Below, in pieces: positions 48,610 through 57,178 of a stretch of 64,000 nucleotides of DNA. The stretch's first letter is position 1. Every line of letters starts with the position of its first letter. Where the stretch lies: NCBI GenBank assembly GCA_015064395.1, contig SVSH01000003.1, forward strand, positions 46,328 through 110,327. Reading direction: 5' to 3'. This DNA comes from Oscillospiraceae bacterium. Lineage in GTDB: Bacteria > Bacillota > Clostridia > Oscillospirales > CAG-272. The translations under genes were made by a program, and so were the position numbers. Below the pieces are notes generated by a model, which was given only the letters and a program-made list of their open reading frames with translations, ran no database searches and was not told the origin of the DNA.

Positions 48610-50016
48610 ATGAAACGAATTCTGATTACTGACACGACACTCAGCACCCAAAGCACGGCGGCCATGAGCTTCCGCGAAAAGCTGGAGATCGCAAAGCTAC
48701 TGGACGGCATGAAGGTAGACTGCATCGACTTTGGTGCGATCAAAAACAGTAAGACCGATCCCCTCCTCATTTCGACCATTGCTCCCCTGCTCTCGCACAG
48801 CACGCTGTGCATTTCGGTAGGGCTGAACGCCGAGGAAGTAACCCTTGCGGCCAGCGCCCTGGGCTCTGTCAAGGGGGGGCGAATTGCCGTTTGCGCTCCC
48901 GTGTCCACCGTAGGCATGGAATATACCTGCCACAAAAAGCCCGCCGCCATGCTGGAGGCCATTGAGAGTCAGATCCGTCTTTGCCGCGATTGTGTGGAAA
49001 CGGTCGAATTTTGCGCCATGGACGCTACCCGCAGCGAGCCTGAATTTTTGACAAGCGCTTTTGCCGCGGCAGTCAACGCAGGTGCTACCCATATTACGCT
49101 GTGCGATCACGCCGGACGCATGCTTCCCGATGAGGCCGCCGACTTTGTGACCAAGGTGCTCTCACAGCTTCCTGCGCGAGAGAAGCTGACCGTATCGGTG
49201 TCCTTCCCCAATACCATCGATCTGTCTGTCGCTTGCGCCGTGGCCTCCCTCAGAGCAGGTGCTGACGGCGTCAAAACAGCCGTTGGCAGCAGCGATTGCT
49301 CCAACGTCTATCCCCTGTCCGAGATTTTGCGCGAGCGGGGTGAGGCATGCGGCCTGTGCTGTGCGCTGAATACCACGGAATTGCGCCGCTCTATCCGCAA
49401 GATCGAAACCATCGCAAGTCCCACAGTCGTGGCCGCCGGTGCCGCAACAACGGGCGTCAGTATAGAGAGCGAGGCCATCTCGCTGGACAAAAACGACGAT
49501 TGCGTATCCGTTGCCCGCGCTGTCCGCAAGCTGGGCTACGATCTCAATCCCGAGGACGAGGCACACGTGTACGAGGCCTTTGTGCGCGTCGCATCGAAAA
49601 AGACGGTCAATGCCCGCGAGCTGGAGGCCATCATTGCCAGCACGGCCCTGCAGGTCCCCCCCACCTATCAGCTGGTCAACTATTTGACCAACAGCGGAAA
49701 CGTCATCAGCTCCTCCGCTCATATCACCCTGAAAAAGAACGGTCAGATGTTGGAGGGCATTACGATTGGCGACGGCCCCATTGATGCCGCGTTTATGGCC
49801 ATCGAGCAGATCGTGGGACATCATTACGACCTGGACGACTTCCAGATCCAGTCGGTCACCCAGGGGCACGAGGCCATGGGTAACGCCCTGGTGCGACTGC
49901 GCAATGGCGGCAAGATCTATTCGGGTAACGGTATCTCGACCGACATCATCGGTGCCAGCATTCGCGCTTACCTGAATGCACTCAATAAAATCGTATATGA
50001 GGAGGCAACCGAATGA
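48610..50016 (+). CDS. LeuA/CimA-like (DRE-TIM metallolyase fold plus LeuA_dimer regulatory domain) protein with substituted catalytic residues; likely a non-catalytic paralog
   Basis: 468 aa from ATG 48610 behind AAGGAGG. Overall collinear with 2-isopropylmalate synthase, but:
- DTTLSTQS replaces DTTLRDGEQ
- CAMDATRSE replaces the EDA motif
- VSVSFPNTIDLSVA (49201..) replaces the HxHxDxG metal site
The C-terminal LeuA_dimer-like domain is retained. Confidence 0.75.
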   Translation: MKRILITDTTLSTQSTAAMSFREKLEIAKLLDGMKVDCIDFGAIKNSKTDPLLISTIAPLLSHSTLCISVGLNAEEVTLAASALGSVKGGRIAVCAPVSTVGMEYTCHKKPAAMLEAIESQIRLCRDCVETVEFCAMDATRSEPEFLTSAFAAAVNAGATHITLCDHAGRMLPDEAADFVTKVLSQLPAREKLTVSVSFPNTIDLSVACAVASLRAGADGVKTAVGSSDCSNVYPLSEILRERGEACGLCCALNTTELRRSIRKIETIASPTVVAAGAATTGVSIESEAISLDKNDDCVSVARAVRKLGYDLNPEDEAHVYEAFVRVASKKTVNARELEAIIASTALQVPPTYQLVNYLTNSGNVISSSAHITLKKNGQMLEGITIGDGPIDAAFMAIEQIVGHHYDLDDFQIQSVTQGHEAMGNALVRLRNGGKIYSGNGISTDIIGASIRAYLNALNKIVYEEATE

Positions 50017-52508
50017 AACTCTCCTTTTCGACCAAGGGCTGGCAGAGCCTTGGCTGGCAGCGCCTGTATGAGCTGGCGCGCGACGTTAAGCTCTGCGGCA
50101 TGGAAATACACGACCCCTTTGATCCTGTGATGAGCGAGCGGGTACTGGACACCCAAAACGTTCCCGTATCCCGCCGTCAGCTCCAGGAAGCGGGGCTGCG
50201 CATCGCTTGCGTGGATCTCCCCGTTGACCTTGCTGACCCAGATGGCGATTTTCTCTCCAAGCTGGACGTGGCCATCACCGCCGCCGTCAATATGCGTACC
50301 GCACACATTCGCATTCACACGCTGGCAAAGACCGAGGACGGCACCGTTCCCGAGGCGATGATGAAGCTTTTGTCGGAATGTCTATTCCGGGCTGAACGCG
50401 CCCAGGTAACGCTGCTACTGGAAACGGCGGGAATGTTCTCGGACACCAACCTGCTCAAAAACACGCTGGACACCTTTGCCAGCGACCATCTGGCCGCTCT
50501 TTGGGATATGCACAACACCTTCTTCGGTGCCAAGGAGGCGCCTCAGAAGACCATCGAAAATCTTGGCGCATACGTCCGTCACGTTCACATCAAGGATGCC
50601 GTTCCCACGGCAAACGGAGGACATCTGTACTGTCTGATCGGCAACGGTGAATTGCCGGCGGAGGATATGATGCGCGCGCTTCGTTCCGTCAACTACGACG
50701 GCTTCGTTTCTCTGGAATGGAGCCCCGACTGGTTGCCCGACATCGACGATCCCGAGATCATTTTCTCTCACTTTGTTCACGTCATGAGCCGCTTTGACCC
50801 CACCGCCCGCAAGCGCAGCACGCTGTACGCCAATGCGACGGGAACGGGCGTTTTCCCTTGGAAAAAGGACACACTGCTCGATCTTACCTTCCCCCAGGTG
50901 CTTGACCGCATCGTGGAGGAGTTTCCCGATCAGTACGCCTTCCGCTACACGACGCTGGACTATACCCGCACCTACGCCGAATTCCGTGACGACGTGGACG
51001 ATTTTGCCCGCGTACTGGTGTCGATGGGCGTTCGCGCAGGACACAAGGTCACCGTTTGGCTGACCAATCTTCCCCAGTGGTACATCGCCTTTTGGGCGAC
51101 CACCAAGATTGGGGCGGTGCTGGTCACCATGAATACCGCTTATAAGATCCACGAGGCGGAATATCTGCTTCGTCAGTCTGACACGCACACCCTCATTATG
51201 ATCGAGAACTACCGCGACTCCGACTACAAGGGCATCATGCAGGAGCTTTGTCCCGAATTGAAAACCACCAAGCCGGGACAGTCGCTTCACGCCAAGCGTC
51301 TTCCCTTCCTTCGCAACATTATCACGGTCGGCTTCCGCATGGAGGGATGCCTGACCTGGGAGGAGTCCCTGACCCGCAAAAATCTCGTTCCCGCCGAGGA
51401 GATCCACCGCATGGCGCTGGCCGTCGACAAAAACGACGTTTGCAATATGCAGTACACCTCGGGCACGACGGGATTTCCCAAGGGCGTTATGCTGACTCAC
51501 TACAACGTCGTCAACAACGGCAAATACATCGGTGACCATATGGATCTGTCTACGGCTGACCGCATGATGATCCAGGTGCCCATGTTCCACTGCTTCGGTA
51601 TGGTGCTGTCCATGACGGCCTCTATGACGCACGGCGCGACCATGTGTCCGCTTCCCTATTTCTCGCCCAAGTCGGCACTGGCCTGCATCAATCAGGAAAA
51701 GATCACGACCTTCAACGGCGTTCCCACCATGTTCATCGCCATGATGCAGCATGCTGATTTTGCCAAGACCGATTTTTCTCACATCCGCACGGGTATCATG
51801 GCAGGCGCTAACTGTCCGGCTGACTTGATGAGGAAGGCGACCGAGGTCATGAACATGAAGCAGATCGTCAGCGTGTACGGACAGACCGAGGCATCGCCGG
51901 GATGCACGATGAGCTCCTTTACCGATCCCCTGGACGTCCGTACCGACACGGTCGGCTCGGCCTTTGCCAACGTCGAATGTAAGATCGTCGATCCCGAGAC
52001 GGGCGAGGAGTGCCCGGTCGGTGTCAACGGTGAGTTTGTCGCCCGCGGCTACAACATCATGAAGGGCTACTACAAGATGCCCGCCGCGACAGCCGCGGCC
52101 ATCGACGCCGACGGCTGGCTGCACACGGGAGATCTTGCCGCCAAGGATGAAAACGGCAACTATCGCATCACGGGACGCCTGAAGGACATGATCATCCGGG
52201 GCGGTGAGAACCTGTATCCCAAGGAGATCGAGGAGTTCTTCTACACCCATCCCAAGGTGCGTGACGTTCAGGTCATCGGCGTTCCCGATGAGCGTTACGG
52301 CGAGGAGGCCATGGCCTGCATCATTCTCAAGGCGGGCATGGAGGCCACCATCGACGAGCTGCGCGACTATGCCAACGCGCACATGGCGCGCCACAAGGTG
52401 CCCCGTTATATTGAATTTGTCAGCGAGTTTCCCATGAACGCCGCCGGCAAGATCTTAAAATACAAAATGCGCGAGTCAGCCATCGAACGGCTCGGACTCA
52501 AAAAATAA
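50013..52508 (+). CDS. Fusion protein: N-terminal xylose-isomerase-like TIM barrel (AP_endonuc_2 family, about 270 aa) plus C-terminal AMP-forming acyl-CoA ligase (about 550 aa)
   Basis: ATGA overlap with the upstream stop. The N-terminal part has ...HIRIHT..., ...LLLET..., ...HVHIKD..., ...VSLEW..., the TIM-barrel metal pattern. The C-terminal part has YTSGTTGFPKGV (around 51450..51485), ...GYGQTE-like VYGQTEAS..., ...TGDLA... and ...GGENLYPKEIE... Confidence 0.8.
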   Translation: MKLSFSTKGWQSLGWQRLYELARDVKLCGMEIHDPFDPVMSERVLDTQNVPVSRRQLQEAGLRIACVDLPVDLADPDGDFLSKLDVAITAAVNMRTAHIRIHTLAKTEDGTVPEAMMKLLSECLFRAERAQVTLLLETAGMFSDTNLLKNTLDTFASDHLAALWDMHNTFFGAKEAPQKTIENLGAYVRHVHIKDAVPTANGGHLYCLIGNGELPAEDMMRALRSVNYDGFVSLEWSPDWLPDIDDPEIIFSHFVHVMSRFDPTARKRSTLYANATGTGVFPWKKDTLLDLTFPQVLDRIVEEFPDQYAFRYTTLDYTRTYAEFRDDVDDFARVLVSMGVRAGHKVTVWLTNLPQWYIAFWATTKIGAVLVTMNTAYKIHEAEYLLRQSDTHTLIMIENYRDSDYKGIMQELCPELKTTKPGQSLHAKRLPFLRNIITVGFRMEGCLTWEESLTRKNLVPAEEIHRMALAVDKNDVCNMQYTSGTTGFPKGVMLTHYNVVNNGKYIGDHMDLSTADRMMIQVPMFHCFGMVLSMTASMTHGATMCPLPYFSPKSALACINQEKITTFNGVPTMFIAMMQHADFAKTDFSHIRTGIMAGANCPADLMRKATEVMNMKQIVSVYGQTEASPGCTMSSFTDPLDVRTDTVGSAFANVECKIVDPETGEECPVGVNGEFVARGYNIMKGYYKMPAATAAAIDADGWLHTGDLAAKDENGNYRITGRLKDMIIRGGENLYPKEIEEFFYTHPKVRDVQVIGVPDERYGEEAMACIILKAGMEATIDELRDYANAHMARHKVPRYIEFVSEFPMNAAGKILKYKMRESAIERLGLKK

Positions 52509-52533
52509 ACACCTGCGACAGGAGGATACTGTT

Positions 52534-53607
52534 ATGAATATCAGAATTGAAAAAACAAGCACGCCCGCACAAAAGCCTGACCAAAAAAAGTTGGGCTTTG
52601 GCAAATACTTTACCGATCATATGTTCCTGATGGACTACTCGCCTGCCGAAGGCTGGCATGACGCTCGCATCGTGCCCTTTGGCAACCTGACCCTTCACCC
52701 CGCCGCTACCGTCTTCCATTACGGTGCGGAGGTGTTCGAGGGCATGAAGGCCTACCGCCGCGCGGACGGTCAGGTCCAGCTGTTCCGTCCCATGGAAAAC
52801 GTCAAGAGACTCAATTCCTCGGCAGAGCGTCTTTGCTTGCCTCAAATCGATGAGCAGGATGCCTTAGAGGCCATCATGAAGTTCGTAGAGGTCGAGCAGG
52901 ACTGGGTTCCCTCCGAGCCCGGCACGTCGCTCTATCTGCGTCCCTTCCTCTTTGGATCGGATGAGCAGCTGGGACTTCACACCATTCAGAACGCGCTGTT
53001 TATCATCATCGCCTCTCCCGTTGGCAGCTACTACGCCGCCGGCATCAACCCCGTCAAGATCATGATCGAGACCGAGGACGTCCGCGCCGTCAAGGGCGGT
53101 ACGGGCTACACCAAGTGCGGCGGCAACTATGCGGCGAGCAACCGTGCGGCCGCTCGCGCCGAGCAAAAGGGTTATTCCCAGGTGCTTTGGCTGGACGGTG
53201 TTCACCGCAAGTATATTGAGGAAGTAGGCGCAATGAACGTTATGTTCCGCATTGGCGACGAGATCGTCACCCCTGAGCTCTCAGGCTCCATTCTGCCCGG
53301 AATCACCCGCAAATCCTGTCTGGACGTTCTTCGCAAGGAAGGGTACAAAGTAACTGAACGCAAGATCAGCGTGGATGAGCTGGTCGAATCGATGAAGAAC
53401 GGCACCCTTAAGGAAGCCTGGGGCTGTGGCACGGCCGCCGTCGTGTCCCCCATCGGTGAGCTGGCTTATGGCGATATGAAGTACACGGTCAACAATTTTG
53501 AGATCGGTGAGATCACGCATCATTTGTACGACACGCTGACCGGCATCCAATGGGGCAATATCCCCGACACCTACGGCTGGACGGTCGAAATTCCCGCCAA
53601 CAAATAA
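52534..53607 (+). CDS. ilvE: Branched-chain amino acid aminotransferase (class IV, long form)
   Basis: 357 aa. ...FGKYFTDHMF..., ...HYGAEVFEGMKAYR..., ...GGTGYTKCGGNYAAS... AGGAGG SD. Confidence 0.9.
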   Translation: MNIRIEKTSTPAQKPDQKKLGFGKYFTDHMFLMDYSPAEGWHDARIVPFGNLTLHPAATVFHYGAEVFEGMKAYRRADGQVQLFRPMENVKRLNSSAERLCLPQIDEQDALEAIMKFVEVEQDWVPSEPGTSLYLRPFLFGSDEQLGLHTIQNALFIIIASPVGSYYAAGINPVKIMIETEDVRAVKGGTGYTKCGGNYAASNRAAARAEQKGYSQVLWLDGVHRKYIEEVGAMNVMFRIGDEIVTPELSGSILPGITRKSCLDVLRKEGYKVTERKISVDELVESMKNGTLKEAWGCGTAAVVSPIGELAYGDMKYTVNNFEIGEITHHLYDTLTGIQWGNIPDTYGWTVEIPANK

Positions 53608-53616
53608 GGAGTTATC

Positions 53617-56600
53617 ATGTCTGAACGTAACCAATTTTCCATGGCGACCATGGACGGCAACGAAGCTGCCGCCTACGTTGCCTATGCCTTTACCGAGGTC
53701 GCAGCCATCTATCCCATCACACCCTCCTCTCCCATGGCGGGCAAAACGGATGCCTGGAGCGCGCACGGCAAAAAAAATCTGTTCGGTCAGAGCGTCAGCC
53801 TGATTGAGATGCAGTCCGAGGCCGGTGCCGTCGCAGCGGTGCACGGTGCGCTTGAGACGGGTGCGCTTTCCACCACCTTTACCTCGTCGCAGGGGCTGAT
53901 GCTGATGATCCCCGTCATGCACCGCATCGCGGGTGAACGACTCCCCGGTGTGCTTCACGTGGCGTCCCGTACCGTCGGCACCCACGCGCTGTCCATTTTC
54001 GGCGATCACAGCGACGTCATGAACTGCCGTCAGACCGGATTTGCCATGCTGTCTACCGGAAGTGTACAGGAGATCATGGACCTTGCTCCCGTGGCCCATC
54101 TGGCCGCGATCAAGGGACGCATTCCCTTCCTTCACTTCTTTGACGGTTTCCGCACCTCGCACGAGATCAACAAGATCGAGACCATTCCGCACAAGGAGAT
54201 GGGCAAGCTGCTCGACCGCGACGCGCTGGATGCCTTCCGCGCCCAGGCGCTCAATCCCGAGCATCCCAGACTTCGTGCCACCGTGCAAAACGGCGACATA
54301 TACTTCCAGGTGCGCGAGGCCAACAACGGCTTTTACGATGCCCTTCCCGGTATCGTCGAGGATTACATGACAAGGATCGGCGAGCTGACGGGGCGCAAGT
54401 ACCATCTGTTCGATTATTACGGTGACGAGGATGCCACAGACGTGGTCGTTGCCATGGGATCGGTCAGCGGCACCGTCCGTGAGGCTGTAGACGCTCTGCG
54501 CGCCAAGGGTCGCAAGGTGGGCTTTTTGCAGGTTCATCTGTTCCGCCCCTTCTCCCAAGATCATTTTCTCAATGCCCTCCCTGCCGGCGTGCGTCGCATC
54601 GCAGTACTGGATCGTTGCAAAGAGATGGGGGCTTTGGGCGAACCCCTTTATCAGGACGTTTGCACCGTGTTCTCGGGACGCGCGGACGTCAAGGTAGTAG
54701 GCGGTCGCTACGGTCTTTCCTCCAAGGACACCGATCCTTCCCAAATCGTTGCCGTGTTTGACAATCTTGCATCTGACGAGCCGAAAAATTCGTTCAGCAT
54801 CGGCATCGTTGACGACGTGACCTTCCGCTCGTTGCCCGCGGGAGTAGCCGTGGCCGAGAAGCCCGGCACCATCTCCTGCAAATTCTGGGGTCTGGGCTCT
54901 GACGGCACGGTGGGTGCCAACAAAAACACGGTCGAGATCATCAACGATCACACAGATAACTACGCCCAGGCTTATTTTGAATACGACGCGAAAAAGTCGT
55001 TTGGCGTGACCAAATCGCACCTGCGCGTCTCTCCTTCGCCCATCACCTCCTCCTACTACGTCAAGCAGGCGGACCTCGTTGCTTGCCATCACCAAAGCTA
55101 CATAGGCAAATACGATATGGTGGGTGAGCTCAAGATGGGCGGCACACTGCTGCTCAACTGCACCTGGAGTGCCCAAGAGCTCTCTGAAAAGCTGCCCGCC
55201 GACGTGCGCCGCGTGCTGGCGCAAAAGAAGGCCAAGCTTTACATCATCAACGCCACGGAAATCGCGTCCCGACTGGGGCTTGGCTCGCACACCAATACGG
55301 TGCTTCAGGCGGCATTCTTCCACATCTCCTCCATTCTGGATGAGGATACGGCCATCGGCTACATGAAGGACGCGGTGCGCAAGACCTACTTTGCCAAGGG
55401 CGACGCCGTCGTGGAACGCAACATCGACGCTATTGATGCAGGTGTTGCGGGCGTTCACAAGGTCGACGTTCCCGCCGATTGGGCGAACGCGGACGATCTT
55501 GCCGTTTCCACGGATGAGGGCAAGCCTGCCGTCGTTCGCAACATTCTCGAGCCCATCAACGCACAAAAGGGTGACGATCTGCCCGTCAGCGCCTTCCGCG
55601 GCTACGAGGACGGCACCATTGACGTCGGTCTTACCGCCTATGAAAAGCGCAACATCGCCGCCAAGGTTCCCGCCTGGAACAGCACGGCCTGCCTGCAGTG
55701 CAACCGTTGCTCACTTGTCTGCCCCCATGCGGCCATCCGTCCGTATTTACTGACGGATGATGAACTGGCGAATGCGCCCGAGGGGCTTGTCGCTGTTCCC
55801 GCCAAGGGAGGCGCCGCTCGCGGCTATCATTACACGCTGCAGATCAGCACGGCCGACTGCACCGGCTGCGGCAGCTGTGTTGCCTCCTGTCCTGCTAAGC
55901 CGCAGGCGATCGAAATGGTGAGCAACACCTTCCCCATCAACTCCCCTGCTTGGAGCTACACGCTGGGACTTGACGACAAGGCCGATCTGTTTGATCGCTA
56001 TACCGTCAAGGGCTCGCAATTCTGCCGCCCCTTGCTTGAGTTCTCTGCCGCCTGTGCCGGCTGTGGAGAGACGCCCTACGCCAAGCTGTTGACGCAGCTG
56101 TTCGGTGACCGCGTCTATTGGGCCAATGCGACGGGCTGCTCGCAGGCCTGGGGCTCACCTATGCCTGGCATCCCCTACACGACCAACAAAAAAGGACACG
56201 GCCCTGCCTGGTCCAACTCGCTGTTTGAAAACAACGCCGAGTTCAGCCTTGGCATGTTCCTATCCGTTCGCCAGCAAAGAGAGGCGCAAAAGATGCGCGT
56301 CGAGCAGCTCGCCGCCATCGCCGATGCCGACGTGCAAGCAAGTGCGCGTGCATGGTTGGAGAGATATGATGATTATGACGCTTCTCCCGCGCTGACCGAC
56401 GCTCTGTGTGCCGCATTGGAGCAGGCTCGCCCCTCTATGGCTGACGAGCAGGCGGTCTTAACCGACGATATTCTGCGCTACCGCGACCAGCTGACCAAGA
56501 AGTGCTTCTGGATGTTCGGCGGTGACGGCTGGGCGTATGACATTGGCTTTGGCGGTCTTGATCACGTGGTGGCCGGCGGCGAGGACGTCAATATGTTTAT

Positions 56601-57126
56601 CGTCGACACCGAGGTGTATTCCAACACGGGCGGTCAGTCCTCCAAGGCGACCCCCATCGGTGCTGTCGCACAGTTTGCCAATTCGGGCAAAAAGACGCTC
56701 AAGAAGGATCTGGGCGCGATGCTCATGACCTACGGTAACGTTTACGTCGCGCAGGTCGCTATGGGCGCCGATCCCAATCAACTCATGAAAGCGCTGAAGG
56801 AAGCCGCCTCTTATCCCGGTCCGTCCGTCATCATCGCCTACACCCCTTGCGTATCGCACGGCATCAAGGGCGGCATGAGCGGTGTTCAGGCTGAGATGAA
56901 GCGCGCTGTCAATGCCGGCTACTGGCATCTTTACCGCTACGATCCCCGTGCTGAAAAGCCCTTCACCCTCGACAGTGGCGAGGCAACCATGTCCTACCGC
57001 GACTTCCTGGACGGTGAGGTGCGCTACAGCGCGCTCGTCCGCACCTTCCCCGACGAGGCCAAGGCCTTGTTCGAGCAAGGCGAGGACGCGGCGAAGCGGA
57101 AGTATGAGAATTATAAGAAGATGTAA
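53617..57126 (+). CDS. nifJ: Pyruvate:ferredoxin (flavodoxin) oxidoreductase, single-polypeptide NifJ/PFOR type
   Basis: 1169 aa. It has the domain I-VII order and two 4Fe-4S ferredoxin motifs (CLQCNRCSLVCPHAA, CTGCGSCVASCP). The TPP-binding region is ...GGDGWAYDIGFGGLDHV... It starts 9 nt after the ilvE stop. Confidence 0.92.
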   Translation: MSERNQFSMATMDGNEAAAYVAYAFTEVAAIYPITPSSPMAGKTDAWSAHGKKNLFGQSVSLIEMQSEAGAVAAVHGALETGALSTTFTSSQGLMLMIPVMHRIAGERLPGVLHVASRTVGTHALSIFGDHSDVMNCRQTGFAMLSTGSVQEIMDLAPVAHLAAIKGRIPFLHFFDGFRTSHEINKIETIPHKEMGKLLDRDALDAFRAQALNPEHPRLRATVQNGDIYFQVREANNGFYDALPGIVEDYMTRIGELTGRKYHLFDYYGDEDATDVVVAMGSVSGTVREAVDALRAKGRKVGFLQVHLFRPFSQDHFLNALPAGVRRIAVLDRCKEMGALGEPLYQDVCTVFSGRADVKVVGGRYGLSSKDTDPSQIVAVFDNLASDEPKNSFSIGIVDDVTFRSLPAGVAVAEKPGTISCKFWGLGSDGTVGANKNTVEIINDHTDNYAQAYFEYDAKKSFGVTKSHLRVSPSPITSSYYVKQADLVACHHQSYIGKYDMVGELKMGGTLLLNCTWSAQELSEKLPADVRRVLAQKKAKLYIINATEIASRLGLGSHTNTVLQAAFFHISSILDEDTAIGYMKDAVRKTYFAKGDAVVERNIDAIDAGVAGVHKVDVPADWANADDLAVSTDEGKPAVVRNILEPINAQKGDDLPVSAFRGYEDGTIDVGLTAYEKRNIAAKVPAWNSTACLQCNRCSLVCPHAAIRPYLLTDDELANAPEGLVAVPAKGGAARGYHYTLQISTADCTGCGSCVASCPAKPQAIEMVSNTFPINSPAWSYTLGLDDKADLFDRYTVKGSQFCRPLLEFSAACAGCGETPYAKLLTQLFGDRVYWANATGCSQAWGSPMPGIPYTTNKKGHGPAWSNSLFENNAEFSLGMFLSVRQQREAQKMRVEQLAAIADADVQASARAWLERYDDYDASPALTDALCAALEQARPSMADEQAVLTDDILRYRDQLTKKCFWMFGGDGWAYDIGFGGLDHVVAGGEDVNMFIVDTEVYSNTGGQSSKATPIGAVAQFANSGKKTLKKDLGAMLMTYGNVYVAQVAMGADPNQLMKALKEAASYPGPSVIIAYTPCVSHGIKGGMSGVQAEMKRAVNAGYWHLYRYDPRAEKPFTLDSGEATMSYRDFLDGEVRYSALVRTFPDEAKALFEQGEDAAKRKYENYKKM

Positions 57127-57130
57127 CGCA

Positions 57131-57164
57131 AAAGGTCCGAAGCGATTGCTTCGGACCTCTTTTA
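57131..57164 (+). terminator. Intrinsic terminator ending the T-box operon
   Basis: AGGTCCGAAGC-GATT-GCTTCGGACCT followed by CTTTT. Confidence 0.8.
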
Positions 57165-57178
57165 TATGGATTTACATC

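Noticed and set aside
50415-52394. 659-aa ORF antisense to the TIM-barrel::acyl-CoA ligase gene
   Set aside because: Same antisense-frame artefact. The sense strand carries unambiguous AMP-binding motifs.
53281-55566. 761-aa ORF antisense to ilvE and nifJ
   Set aside because: It spans two well-supported sense genes and their junction, and has no recognisable domain.
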